From an uncultured virus (IMG/VR IMGVR_UViG_3300006899_000004) (taxonomy: Duplodnaviria > Heunggongvirae > Uroviricota > Caudoviricetes): 64,000 bases of DNA. The position numbers were made by a program, and so were the translations under genes. The notes beneath the pieces were generated by a model that saw only the letters and a list, made by a program, of their open reading frames with translations, had not been told where the DNA came from and made no database searches. The stretch lies in the IMG/VR virus record IMGVR_UViG_3300006899_000004, one strand, 5' to 3'. Of the stretch, positions 9,832 to 19,392 are shown piece after piece; position 1 is the first letter of the stretch; every line of letters begins with the position of its first letter.

Positions 9832-9908
9832 TCGGTCTGAAGGGATTCGAACCCTTATCTGTCTCCTTAAGAGGGAGCTATGTTAAGTACCATTAACACC
9901 ACAGACCG
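9832..9908 (-). tRNA. tRNA-Lys(CTT)
   Basis: CGGTCTG/CAGACCG, loop CTCTTAA. Confidence 0.85.
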
Positions 9909-9912
9909 TTAG

Positions 9913-9984
9913 CTTACGGGGTGGGAATCGAACCCACGTTGGACAAGTTAACAGCTTGTTGCCTGGCCTCTAGGCTACCCGTAA
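9913..9984 (-). tRNA. tRNA-Asn(GTT)
   Basis: TTACGGG/CCCGTAA, loop CTGTTAA. Confidence 0.88.
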
Positions 9985-9991
9985 ATGATTG

Positions 9992-10072
9992 CTGGCATGA
10001 CTGGATTCGAACCAGTATCTTCTTGGTTAACAGCCAAGCGCACTTCCTGCTTTCGTTTTGTGCTACACGCCA
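9992..10072 (-). tRNA. tRNA-Asn(GTT), enlarged D-loop
   Basis: TGGCGTG/CATGCCA, loop CTGTTAA, D-loop about 16 nt. Confidence 0.8.
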
Positions 10073-10081
10073 ATGATTAAG

Positions 10082-10153
10082 CGCTTCGTATGGGATTTGA
10101 ACCCATCTCACGTGATCGACAGTCACGCAGCATCACCAGATGCTTTACGAAGC
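10082..10153 (-). tRNA. tRNA-Asp(GTC)
   Basis: GCTTCGT/ACGAAGC, loop CTGTCGA; 6-bp D-stem AGCATC/GATGCT. Confidence 0.8.
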
Positions 10154-10181
10154 AAAAACACCTCTCTAAATTTTCAATCAG

Positions 10182-10263
10182 TGCAGTGTCTGAGAGTCGA
10201 ACTCAGTTGGCCAGCGACAGATGATTTACAGTCATCCCCCGAACCCTACGGGACTACCACTGC
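10182..10263 (-). tRNA. tRNA-Tyr(GTA)
   Basis: Loop CTGTAAA, long variable region, T-arm CTGAG-TTCGACT-CTCAG. Confidence 0.75.
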
Positions 10264-10432
10264 AGACTCAGGATTTATTTTTTTTCACCCCGAGTTGATC
10301 TCGAGGTTGACTCGAGATCAAAAGTTCTGCCAATAATCTTGGCAAGCATACGCTTGCTTTTTATTTTTGAACTTGTTATTCATGATCTCTCTCGTAAGTA
10401 TACAACAATGCGTAATTATTTACATAATTTTG

Positions 10433-10505
10433 TGAGCTGAAGAAGAATTGAACTTCACTCAAGATGTTTATCAGACATCTTAGGTCAACCTGACCGTCTC
10501 AGCCC
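10433..10505 (-). tRNA. tRNA-Ile(GAT), atypical
   Basis: GGGCTGA/TCAGCTC, 7-bp stem AAGATGT/ACATCTT around CTGATAA; promoter GTGAAC-N17-TATACT just upstream. Confidence 0.65.
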
Positions 10506-10536
10506 ATTCTAAGTATAACTACTCTTTGTGAGGTGT

Positions 10537-10779
10537 TCACTCTGCGGTTTTTAAATTCACTAACACTCTGAGCGTGCAATTGCACTGTGACTCAACAACT
10601 TTAGATTCTAACCAAAAAACAACAGTCTCTTTTTTGCACTCTTCGCAAGAACCAGGATGATTTGATATCACTATGAACTGTGTTAATCCTCGAACGTCGA
10701 ATCCTATGTAGAGTTGTCCAACAACTGGTGGAGGTTTTTTATACCAGTTTTCCCACCTGTTGCGGGAATTTTGTTTCAC
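10537..10779 (-). CDS. hypothetical protein
   Basis: Stop codon overlaps the -35 box of the tRNA-Ile promoter. Confidence 0.55.
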   Translation of the reverse strand: MKQNSRNRWENWYKKPPPVVGQLYIGFDVRGLTQFIVISNHPGSCEECKKETVVFWLESKVVESQCNCTLRVLVNLKTAE

Positions 10780-11009
10780 GTAGTGTCCTCTTCAGGAGCA
10801 GAAGACACTTCACTCTCTTGTGAACTGTTAGAATTTGTGTCACCAGTCAAGGCTGGATGTGCCATTGGCAGTCCAGCCCTGGGTCTCATTCCCAAGTAAT
10901 CATATGGATCTTGCGGTCTGCCAGGATTATCTGACGGATCTGTGTTTATTTCAAACAGAAACTTTCTGATTTGAGTCTTCAATTCTCTTACAGAGAGAAC
11001 TAACTTCAC
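10776..11009 (-). CDS. hypothetical protein
   Basis: MKLVLSVRELKTQIRKFLFE N-terminus. Confidence 0.55.
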   Translation of the reverse strand: MKLVLSVRELKTQIRKFLFEINTDPSDNPGRPQDPYDYLGMRPRAGLPMAHPALTGDTNSNSSQESEVSSAPEEDTT

Positions 11010-11958
11010 ATACTAAATATTCGTATCTCTTGTCTGAAAAGAAAACACGAACTATTTCCTCCGCTGCACCAGCGTTGATCTTACCTTCATTTAGATCTAA
11101 CTCTAGAGTGTTTCTTATATTTTCAAATGCTTTGTACAATGCCGCGCTGTTTGGATGTGTTTTTAGATCTGATACTTTAAATGATTCGATGATCTTTCCC
11201 ATTGTGTATTTGGGCAATTTTTTCATAGCATCAAGTGTTAAGACACGCTCTACTTCAAGTTCAAGTGCATCTGTTGCTTTTTTAAACTTGATTCTCTTGT
11301 GTTCGTGCTTTGTTGTTGTGTCTGCTCTTGACAGAGCAATCAACATACGAAAATTTTCAATTCCTTCGACATCTTTCAACAAACGTCTACAAGATGATTC
11401 TGTCAAATTTTTTGACAACTGCGCAGGTCTCAAGTGATTCAGAACTAAAATTGAGACTGTTTTTCTAAGAGACTCTCTGCCAATAAACAGACCTGACCGA
11501 TCGTCCATGTTAGAAACCATGTGATATCCGACGATATCGTGGTTGTGAAACGTCACTCTTCCACGGTTGATTTTTCGTGTCTTTGCTTTGCCAATGTCAT
11601 GACAAAGTGCAGACCAACGCAACTCTAAAGTGTTAGGTGCATTATTTATGACGTGAAGAGTGTGTTGCCACACGTCTTTGTGTAAACCATCAGCATCACC
11701 AAGATTTTTGATAAATTCAAATTCTGGAAGAACTGCACCAAAAAATCCGGACTCCATCAACACGTGAAGTCCATTTATAGGATTCAATGATGTTATGATT
11801 TGATCGATGTAATCAGTGAAAGCTTTTCTGTCTTTCACCCAAGCTCTAGTGAAATCTTCCCTCGGAAGTCTTATAGGCACATACAACTTATCAGACTTTC
11901 GTTCTGTTGCAACTTTTGTTGCTATATCAAACACATCTTTAACTGTTAACTCAGACAT
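10951..11958 (-). CDS. HD-domain phosphohydrolase related to the C-terminal half of CCA-adding enzymes; no nucleotidyltransferase head
   Basis: VLPEF, HKDVWQHTLHV, LRWSALCHDIGK, TFHNHDIVG, LNHLRP, LSRAD; no GGxVRD / DxD head motifs. Confidence 0.85.
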   Translation of the reverse strand: MSELTVKDVFDIATKVATERKSDKLYVPIRLPREDFTRAWVKDRKAFTDYIDQIITSLNPINGLHVLMESGFFGAVLPEFEFIKNLGDADGLHKDVWQHTLHVINNAPNTLELRWSALCHDIGKAKTRKINRGRVTFHNHDIVGYHMVSNMDDRSGLFIGRESLRKTVSILVLNHLRPAQLSKNLTESSCRRLLKDVEGIENFRMLIALSRADTTTKHEHKRIKFKKATDALELEVERVLTLDAMKKLPKYTMGKIIESFKVSDLKTHPNSAALYKAFENIRNTLELDLNEGKINAGAAEEIVRVFFSDKRYEYLVCEVSSLCKRIEDSNQKVSV

Positions 11959-11960
11959 GT

Positions 11961-12254
11961 TTATGTGTCCACGTTTTGGAGGTTATCTACTATAATGTAG
12001 AGTTCTTTTTCTGTTTTTTCATAATTAAAACCTGCATCAAATGTCATCCACCATAAATTATCCATTGTTTCTTGAGAGAAAAAGCCAGGTATAGATCTGT
12101 ACAACGCGTATTTTCCGTTACATAACGTGACAAAAATAGAACCATACAGACTGGAAGTGGGATGAAATCCGACGTACCCTTTGTACGTCTGATCACCAAC
12201 TGTCACAACAGTGACAGGAACACCATTTCTATACCAAAATGAGATCTTATCCAC
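11961..12254 (-). CDS. hypothetical protein
   Basis: In-operon ORF. Confidence 0.55.
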   Translation of the reverse strand: MDKISFWYRNGVPVTVVTVGDQTYKGYVGFHPTSSLYGSIFVTLCNGKYALYRSIPGFFSQETMDNLWWMTFDAGFNYEKTEKELYIIVDNLQNVDT

Positions 12255-12347
12255 TTCAGCTTTTGTCTCTGTTCCTCACTAACACATCAACGATAAAAAC
12301 AACAGCAAAAGTTATAACGCCCCACAGTATGCCGCTGATGATTTCAG

Positions 12348-12671
12348 TCATTCTTTCTTGCTCTTTTCCTTCGAACGCTTCGAAAGCTCTTCTTTGACTC
12401 TCTCGTTGATCGTCTTTTCCACTCGCTTTCGAGCGCCAACTCGCTCGGGATCCAGCGAGTCTCGAATCTGCATCAAGACGCCCGCGCTGAATACAGCTGC
12501 TTCTTTTTTCTTGGGATCTTCTTCACACGTTGCTTCACGTGTAGTCAAAGACAAACAGTACGACAAAACTTTCTCAATGATATCTTTTTCATCGTTAGGC
12601 ATGAACACCATAGCACCATTCGGATTAAAACTGACAAAAAGCTTCTTCAGGATCGTAGGGTCAATTTTCAT
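12348..12671 (-). CDS. hypothetical protein
   Basis: In-operon ORF. Confidence 0.65.
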   Translation of the reverse strand: MKIDPTILKKLFVSFNPNGAMVFMPNDEKDIIEKVLSYCLSLTTREATCEEDPKKKEAAVFSAGVLMQIRDSLDPERVGARKRVEKTINERVKEELSKRSKEKSKKE

Positions 12672-12874
12672 TTGAGATCTCCAGGTATTATTTCCAAGTA
12701 CACCAACAGTTCTTTAGCGTACTGGCACTCTTCTGCTTCAGTTGAAGTTTCATGTACGTCACACGTACATGCTGCAAAACCTGATTTATCGCTGTCAGAA
12801 AAGACGTACAGTTTGTACGTCCCATCTTGTTTTCTTTGTAAACGAACTTTGTCTACTTTCAGTTTACCTGACAC
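12668..12874 (-). CDS. hypothetical protein
   Basis: CxC-x2-H...C possible metal site. Confidence 0.55.
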   Translation of the reverse strand: MSGKLKVDKVRLQRKQDGTYKLYVFSDSDKSGFAACTCDVHETSTEAEECQYAKELLVYLEIIPGDLK

Positions 12875-12903
12875 AGTTTAATCCACTCAGCAAACAGTTA
12901 CAC

Positions 12904-13251
12904 TTAAAACAAATCTTTCACATATGAAGCATCAAAGTTATGAATCATAGTGTAAAACTTACAATTTGAAAGCTCAAACAACAGTTGTTCTTTGTACGTA
13001 AGGTTAAAAGTATCTCTCATATCATTGATTAGATCTGGTTTTATTTTGTTCAGCTCTTTGAACGAGATTGGTTTCTCATTTAAAAATGAGACAATGTTAC
13101 CTGGCTTAACAAACAACGTTCGAGACGTTGCTATCTGCGCAACTTGATTCATCTCTGATACAGAGACGTAGATCAGATCATAACCATACGATTTCGCAAT
13201 TTCATGATCAAATAAAGTTAAAAACCGGGGTTTGTTGACTATTGTTGCCAA
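12904..13251 (-). CDS. hypothetical protein
   Basis: In-operon ORF. Confidence 0.5.
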   Translation of the reverse strand: MATIVNKPRFLTLFDHEIAKSYGYDLIYVSVSEMNQVAQIATSRTLFVKPGNIVSFLNEKPISFKELNKIKPDLINDMRDTFNLTYKEQLLFELSNCKFYTMIHNFDASYVKDLF

Positions 13252-13257
13252 TTGTAC

Positions 13258-13527
13258 CTAGACAATTTTGCAGTTTTTAAGTGACTCTAGCCAACTGCAA
13301 TTTCTACCCCAGAGCATCAGACCTGAATCTGATTTGCAATTGACTATTCCTATGTAAGAATAAAGTATGCTAGAGATCGAGAGGTCGTCTTGCAAACTGA
13401 TCTCAGTAAAGAAAAATGTGAATTCATGGTTTTTATGTATCGAAAAATATTCTGACCACGCACCGTTATTTGGTGGTGATATGATTATTCTTCCGATGAG
13501 GCTTTGGAGTTTTTTATGATCGTACAT
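13258..13527 (-). CDS. hypothetical protein
   Basis: In-operon ORF. Confidence 0.5.
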   Translation of the reverse strand: MYDHKKLQSLIGRIIISPPNNGAWSEYFSIHKNHEFTFFFTEISLQDDLSISSILYSYIGIVNCKSDSGLMLWGRNCSWLESLKNCKIV

Positions 13528-14045
13528 GCTTCTTGCAAGTAATCATCGTATTTATAGTTGTCTAGAATACCTGCTTCAGCGTCCCAACACGCTGCTACAA
13601 TCTTATTTTCAAACAAGAAAAAATATCTCTTTCTTGAGACAACGTTCCACAAACCAGTGTTTGAAAACGCTTCTGTGACATTTTCTTCTGAAAGAAAAAG
13701 AAACGGTGTAATTTTACCGTTGCTGTGGTTATCTTTACCCATGATGTGCACATAATTAACACCATTGTACGTCTGGTTGTCAGATATAGTCTTGATCTTA
13801 GATTCCATGATCAAAGGATCTCTCACCAACAATAGATCACCCGGTGACAAATCATTGTCATCAAAGTAACTTGTGAATTTATCTCGTTTATAACGAGGAT
13901 ATTCAGAGAATGTTAGCGTGTGAGGGTTGTTCACAACGCTATAAGCATTAGTGAATCGTGATCTTGTCTGATTCAGAGAGCCGTGCAAAACTTTGATATT
14001 TTTGCGAGATTTCTTGTTTGGAAGAGAACCACTCAAGATCTTCAT
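13485..14045 (-). CDS. hypothetical protein
   Basis: SD gagggag and a promoter upstream. Confidence 0.7.
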   Translation of the reverse strand: MKILSGSLPNKKSRKNIKVLHGSLNQTRSRFTNAYSVVNNPHTLTFSEYPRYKRDKFTSYFDDNDLSPGDLLLVRDPLIMESKIKTISDNQTYNGVNYVHIMGKDNHSNGKITPFLFLSEENVTEAFSNTGLWNVVSRKRYFFLFENKIVAACWDAEAGILDNYKYDDYLQEACTIIKNSKASSEE

Positions 14046-14088
14046 GTTACACTCCCTCTAGCATAGAGATACCACACAAGAAAGCGTG

Positions 14089-14346
14089 TTACACAAGGAC
14101 AAAAACATCTTTTTCACTATAATATGGGAGTGCTAAAACTCTAGCACAAAATCTGTTTTTATCTAATTTCAGTGTTACAAGTTCAAACAAATAAGACGAC
14201 GGTTCTTCAAACATATTGATCTTTAGAAGCAATTCTAGCGTATTTGATAGCAAATACAAATCATTTTTAGAAAATTGATAAAATGTGAATATATGTCCAG
14301 GACGAAGTGAAATACATTTCACTTTTTGCATTCTTTGCAAGCACAT
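14089..14346 (-). CDS. hypothetical protein
   Basis: GTGTAA-N17-TATGAT promoter immediately upstream. Confidence 0.55.
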   Translation of the reverse strand: MCLQRMQKVKCISLRPGHIFTFYQFSKNDLYLLSNTLELLLKINMFEEPSSYLFELVTLKLDKNRFCARVLALPYYSEKDVFVLV

Positions 14347-14391
14347 AGTTAATCATACCACAGAAAAAAAACTATTACACTGCCCTTACAC

Positions 14392-14943
14392 TTACTTTAG
14401 CGTCTGTAGCTCTTGCAATAGCATCAACTTAATAGCATCAACTTCTTCTCTCTCTTTTTGCCGTCGTAGTTCATTCTTTTCCATTATATCCATAGCTTCT
14501 AATATCAAATCGGGATTTTGGTGCCAGTTGTCATCATCGTAAGAGATCTGCAAGAACGGTTCAGCGTCTTTGTCGTCTTTCGTACATGCTACATACTTTT
14601 CAAAATCAACTTCATTTTTAAACTCGATGTAAGATCTTTTTTTCCACTCAATCTTAAATCCAGAGTCATCTAACAGATAGTTGGAAACAAAAAACGTTAA
14701 CCAACCAATAAATCCAACGTGTGACATTTTAAATCCGTTGAATTCACGCGTAAATTCCCACAACAACTGTTGATTGTTGATCCTCCAATCAAGAAACTTG
14801 AATATGACTCTTGAAATATTCGTGTCAGCATTTTCTTCACACTGCTGTTTTAATCTAACGATCTGTCCTTCTAACTCGTTAACAGCATACGTTATCAAGA
14901 GATCTATGTTTTTTTGTATCAGATCTGACTCAAGTTGGTTCAT
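14392..14943 (-). CDS. hypothetical protein
   Basis: 183-aa ORF. Confidence 0.7.
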   Translation of the reverse strand: MNQLESDLIQKNIDLLITYAVNELEGQIVRLKQQCEENADTNISRVIFKFLDWRINNQQLLWEFTREFNGFKMSHVGFIGWLTFFVSNYLLDDSGFKIEWKKRSYIEFKNEVDFEKYVACTKDDKDAEPFLQISYDDDNWHQNPDLILEAMDIMEKNELRRQKEREEVDAIKLMLLQELQTLK

Positions 14944-15470
14944 TATTTCTCGTCAGTTGAGTTGAGTTTGTTTTCGACCGCTGGCAGAAGATCTTTGTTT
15001 CGTTCATCGTGAAAAGCGCCTTCAACATATGAAGCATCAACGTTTTTCCTGCGCTCAAGTTCTAGTTTTATCTTGTCATAAGATGAACTCTTCTGTAGGT
15101 TATTCTCGTGCTTGTAAGCCATGACCATAAGATCTGGCGTAGAACAATTTGCAATCACTTTATCTATGCTCCAATTAGGGAATAGACTGTCAAGTTCTTC
15201 ACGTGACAATTTCGTAAGATCTTCCCGACCGTATTTTTTCATGTCAAGAATATCAGAATCTTCTGGGAATAAGTAGTTACCAATTCTGGCGTTCAACTTG
15301 AACGTTGCAAACAACGCAACAAGACATTGCTCACACATTGAAAAACGATACACGTCACCGTCAATAAAATCTGCAGAACAATAACCACCCGACACTTCAC
15401 AATCAACTAACCCATATCCATCTTGGATGTGCCTACCACACTTGTTACAAAACTTGTCTGTTTCTTTCAT
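14943..15470 (-). CDS. Zn-ribbon-containing hypothetical protein
   Basis: CNKC...CEQC. Confidence 0.7.
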   Translation of the reverse strand: MKETDKFCNKCGRHIQDGYGLVDCEVSGGYCSADFIDGDVYRFSMCEQCLVALFATFKLNARIGNYLFPEDSDILDMKKYGREDLTKLSREELDSLFPNWSIDKVIANCSTPDLMVMAYKHENNLQKSSSYDKIKLELERRKNVDASYVEGAFHDERNKDLLPAVENKLNSTDEK

Positions 15471-15484
15471 TTGCGTTTTTTCTG

Positions 15485-15676
15485 TTAGTATCCAACTAGG
15501 TTTTTGTCGTGTCTAAACTCTGTGATCACAGATGATAATAACTTAAAAAAAGAATGTTCAATGTGTAGATAACATCCGTCATACACACACACCCAAACTG
15601 GATCATCGAAAGACGTAGTATCACGCTTGATATTCACTGTAGCAAGAAACAAAAACAACCCTCTGATCTTATTCAC
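15485..15676 (-). CDS. hypothetical protein
   Basis: In-operon ORF. Confidence 0.5.
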   Translation of the reverse strand: MNKIRGLFLFLATVNIKRDTTSFDDPVWVCVYDGCYLHIEHSFFKLLSSVITEFRHDKNLVGY

Positions 15677-15868
15677 TGTTTTCCTCGATCTTTCGTTTGT
15701 TCAACTTAGTAAGAACACTCAAGACACACAGAATAATTTCTGAATTTAGTCTCAGTAACCATCACCCACCAGACAAAGAATATTCTTAAGTCACTCAGTG
15801 GGCTCTACAGAGGCTCTAAAAGAATAGAGGGCGTAGTACCAACTATGCTAGTTGGAAAAATTAGAGAT

Positions 15869-16279
15869 TTAAGGGTTTGACTCAGATCTGTGTAAAAAGT
15901 TATTCACCATCTGACGAGCTTCATCATTGATTTGTTTCTCTTCGTTGCTTTTGATCATGCGCTTAGCGTGTTCTAAAGCTTTACGATCATAAAATTCATG
16001 TAAGTTTGTTACCTCTTGCAACGCACGGTCAACAGACAAGTTTTCTACTTGACGATCATACCAATCTCCGTTGTGTCCTGATTCCATGTAAGACAGTAAC
16101 TGTACCGTACTAGTCAAAAAGTTGATAATCAAATACGCATCGTCACGGTCTTTTGCTTTCCATGGAAAGGAAATACATCCGTTTATGTCAAGTGAAGGCA
16201 TGTGTTCTCCACAAAACCTTTTTAGTAAAAGTACCGACGATACAAGTGAAAACACTTTTGCTAATTTTTCATTTGTCAT
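15869..16279 (-). CDS. hypothetical protein
   Basis: 136-aa ORF with SD. Confidence 0.65.
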   Translation of the reverse strand: MTNEKLAKVFSLVSSVLLLKRFCGEHMPSLDINGCISFPWKAKDRDDAYLIINFLTSTVQLLSYMESGHNGDWYDRQVENLSVDRALQEVTNLHEFYDRKALEHAKRMIKSNEEKQINDEARQMVNNFLHRSESNP

Positions 16280-16292
16280 GTTTGAACCTTTG

Positions 16293-16583
16293 TTAAGAAA
16301 GAAATGTTACTGTATTTTCTGTCCTAGAGCCCACCGTGTGACAGTTTAACACACTTGACTTTGCATAACGAGAATAAGGTTTTACGTTTAATGATATCAT
16401 CACAAACTTATCTTTTCTGTCACCTTGATCAATACACCACAGTATGTCCAATACAAAGATTGGAATTTTACTAGTAGTGTCTGCGTATACATACGGTTCT
16501 TGTCTTCTGTTTAAGACAACACCATAATAGTCATCTTGATCAACAGTTACAGTGACAAGTTTACCAATAACGTTCATGTGCAC
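16293..16583 (-). CDS. hypothetical protein
   Basis: In-operon ORF. Confidence 0.55.
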   Translation of the reverse strand: MHMNVIGKLVTVTVDQDDYYGVVLNRRQEPYVYADTTSKIPIFVLDILWCIDQGDRKDKFVMISLNVKPYSRYAKSSVLNCHTVGSRTENTVTFLS

Positions 16584-16843
16584 TGCCTTATTGTGTTATA
16601 CTTTGTATATTTTTTGTTGATCCAACAACAAAAATTGTCTTCAATGACAAAGATCTTTATCACGTCTCTTGCTGTTCTTAGCACAAGAGCAATCTTGCTA
16701 TTTGGAAACATATATGCTTTTGAAAATCTGTTTGAACTCGATACTCGCGCCGCGTCTTCTCTATTTTTGAAATATGTAACAAAACCTTCGGGTGAATTCA
16801 CCCTGATCAAGTTTCCTTTCTTGATTTTTTTAGCGAATTTCAC
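16574..16843 (-). CDS. hypothetical protein
   Basis: In-operon ORF. Confidence 0.55.
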   Translation of the reverse strand: MKFAKKIKKGNLIRVNSPEGFVTYFKNREDAARVSSSNRFSKAYMFPNSKIALVLRTARDVIKIFVIEDNFCCWINKKYTKYNTIRQCT

Positions 16844-16848
16844 AAATC

Positions 16849-17112
16849 TTAAAGTTCTTTGAAAGTTTCTTCACCAACAACAACCCAGCCAACAAGATTT
16901 TTATTGACTGAAACAATCAACGCTGATTTTGTCACTATGTGTTCGTTAACAGCTAACAAAAGAACAATATCACCTTCATAAGAAATAGTTGGTGTTATAC
17001 TAGACGAATATCTCTCGTTTGTATGCGCAGTGATCACATCTTGTGGTTGTATCATAAAATCAGTGATCGCTCGATAAAGTTTTCCACGAGTGAGTTTTAC
17101 TTCATTACTCAA
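16849..17112 (-). CDS. hypothetical protein
   Basis: In-operon ORF. Confidence 0.55.
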   Translation of the reverse strand: MSNEVKLTRGKLYRAITDFMIQPQDVITAHTNERYSSSITPTISYEGDIVLLLAVNEHIVTKSALIVSVNKNLVGWVVVGEETFKEL

Positions 17113-17464
17113 GTTTACCCTTGTGGTTTGTTGGATTGTGTGCTACAATCGTGTTAAACTTGACTCCGGGTGTAGTTGACAGGTGTGTTCCAAGCTGACA
17201 GGATTTTCCCTTGTTAAACCCACTGTTGTTTTTCCAGAACTTAGCATATTGTTCTCTTTCTGCTTGAGAAGAAAATTGCAAAACAGTCACTTGTGACTGT
17301 TTGCCATCAGCAGCAGATGCTCCAAAATACTTTACAGTGTTTTCTTCTGCGCACAAGTGACACTCAGTGATTCTACCGCCTGCTCTGATCTTTTCAGTTG
17401 AATACAGATCAAATTCACAATCACACTTCTCACAGATTCTGATTCTAGAAGAACGTGTTGTCAT
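17105..17464 (-). CDS. Zn-finger hypothetical protein
   Basis: CEKC...CHLC; start re-assigned to MTTRSS. Confidence 0.65.
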   Translation of the reverse strand: MTTRSSRIRICEKCDCEFDLYSTEKIRAGGRITECHLCAEENTVKYFGASAADGKQSQVTVLQFSSQAEREQYAKFWKNNSGFNKGKSCQLGTHLSTTPGVKFNTIVAHNPTNHKGKLE

Positions 17465-17852
17465 CTGCAACTTTCTTGTTTCTGAACCAAGCACTTGCAA
17501 CATAGTTGTATGCCCAGTAAGAAACGCTGGGATTCGTGATCTCTGACCAATTTACCCACTTCACCACAGCATTTGATCCAGGCTCCTGACGAAGTTCTCC
17601 TGAAAATTCTTTTGCAGTGAAGCAGCCAACTTCTCTTAGTTTAGATCCTGCCGGACCTACGTAGATTGGCTGCTCCTCAAGAACAACAGTCAGACCAGTC
17701 TCTTCAAAGACTTCACGTGTTGCTGCATCAATTGGAGTTTCACCCTCGTCGATCTTACCGCCAGGAAGTCCTAGATCACTAGGATCATCTTTCCTAGAGA
17801 CAGCCAAAACTTGACCAGATGGGTTAGTGATGATTGTTACGACGGCGTACAT
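17445..17852 (-). CDS. Nudix hydrolase
   Basis: Nudix box GGKIDEGETPIDAATREVFEETGL. Confidence 0.95.
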   Translation of the reverse strand: MYAVVTIITNPSGQVLAVSRKDDPSDLGLPGGKIDEGETPIDAATREVFEETGLTVVLEEQPIYVGPAGSKLREVGCFTAKEFSGELRQEPGSNAVVKWVNWSEITNPSVSYWAYNYVASAWFRNKKVADDNTFF

Positions 17853-18178
17853 TTGTTTTTCCTCGAGTAAAAGATTCTCTCTGCGGAGATCATTCCCAAG
17901 ACCATGTTTTTCCGACCAACGGGATTAGCAGAGTGAATTTCCCACGCTGGGCAATCAATCTTACCTTCAAAGACAAGTTTCTCAATAAAACGAACAACAG
18001 TGTAACCATTTCCAAGCACGTTTTCACCCAAATCATGGTCTAGCGAGATAGCAGTCACTTTACCTTGTTTGATAAGACGGCACGCCTGCATTGCAGTCGA
18101 ACACCCGCTCCAGCCAATTGGAGCGTGACGACCCGGCGCAGAAGCGTCATTAACTTGATCATCTAACCAAAGTTTCAT
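17837..18178 (-). CDS. Cyclic-phosphate-processing receiver (REC-like) domain protein
   Basis: MKLWLDD...R-x-AP-x-GW...ISLDHDLG...GY...IHSANPVG signature. Confidence 0.8.
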   Translation of the reverse strand: MKLWLDDQVNDASAPGRHAPIGWSGCSTAMQACRLIKQGKVTAISLDHDLGENVLGNGYTVVRFIEKLVFEGKIDCPAWEIHSANPVGRKNMVLGMISAERIFYSRKNKCTPS

Positions 18179-18855
18179 CTTTGAACTCCCAATTCAATCT
18201 TACAACACAGTGCAAAGTATTGCACTGTCAACACGAGCAGATCAAGTGTATTTTTTCACAAATACTAACTCTTTAGAAGAGATTCTATAGATGATTTTTG
18301 TTTCGAAGTTGAAATATCTTGCAAAGTGTTCATTCAGTGACAACAACATACAATTTGGTCTTGTGCTAAAGATGTGTGATATCAGATCACCTTTTGAAAA
18401 TCGTTTTTTTATTTCCATTTCCGCTAAGAACAATCGTCGTTAGTTCTAAATTTGATAGATCAAAATAACTCAAATGGTAGTGAGGTTCACTGCTAAAGAA
18501 TATTTTTTCGCAGCTTTCTTCACACATATCACAATAAACAACTAAACAACGAACTTCATTTGGTAGGAATAAAATGTCACCAACTTTAGTTGTGTGAATA
18601 TCAAAGTTTTTCATTAACGTTTTCAGGGTTATCTTCTTGAATTCGAGCAGCTCGAGTTCTAGACATAGTGAAATAACGTTTCTTGTTTTTCAACACTTTT
18701 CTCAAGTCTTCATACGGTTGACAAACAAAACATTCGATTTCGCACTTTTCACAGTATTGTACGTAGCTGTGCTCTTTACAAAAGACAACAGTGTCGCCGT
18801 GCACTGGGCAAGTTTTAAGTTTTGTGTTTTTTTGACACTTTAACTTCATTGATTT

Positions 18856-19392
18856 TTAAGTCAAAGACTCAATTGTTCTAACAAATTTTCTCTCTAAACA
18901 TATATCATTGCCCACAAATTTTTCTCCCCAAGTGCGCGTGTCAATATCATAAGGACGCACTTTGAGGTTAACGTGTGGAATAACTAGTACTCTAACTGCA
19001 TCTCTGGTGGAGAAACAATTTTTGTACTCTAGAAAAAGAAAAACCATGTTTTCAAGGTCATACTCGCCTTTGATCAAATCATCATCAGGGACATCTCTTG
19101 GAAATGGATTTTCTTTACCACCACAGAGAATCTCTGGAAATTCGATATCAATATCTTCTTCTTTGGGTCTATAATTTTTAGTTAGAGGCAATTGACTGTT
19201 GTAACAAGTCACCATCTTCATAAGAGTGCCTGGGATTAAGATCTCATTAGTTAATTTACTTTCACACTTCAAACAGTGACAACAACAGTGAACTGCACCC
19301 TCAATTTTTACTGTTTTGTGTAATTTGTAGTTGTTTTCGATCATCTCACAGATACTGTCATAAAAATCTATTTGATTTTGGAACTTACTCAT
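18856..19392 (-). CDS. hypothetical Cys-rich protein
   Basis: HCCCHCLKC...IPGTL; related motif in 19878-20213 and 20206-20574. Confidence 0.65.
   Translation of the reverse strand: MSKFQNQIDFYDSICEMIENNYKLHKTVKIEGAVHCCCHCLKCESKLTNEILIPGTLMKMVTCYNSQLPLTKNYRPKEEDIDIEFPEILCGGKENPFPRDVPDDDLIKGEYDLENMVFLFLEYKNCFSTRDAVRVLVIPHVNLKVRPYDIDTRTWGEKFVGNDICLERKFVRTIESLT

Noticed and set aside
9400..10336. ORFs 9400-9618, 9914-10126 and 10058-10336
   Set aside because: They overlap tRNA genes
10951..11958. Complete CCA-adding enzyme or poly(A) polymerase
   Set aside because: The nucleotidyltransferase head motifs are absent; only the body/HD part is present
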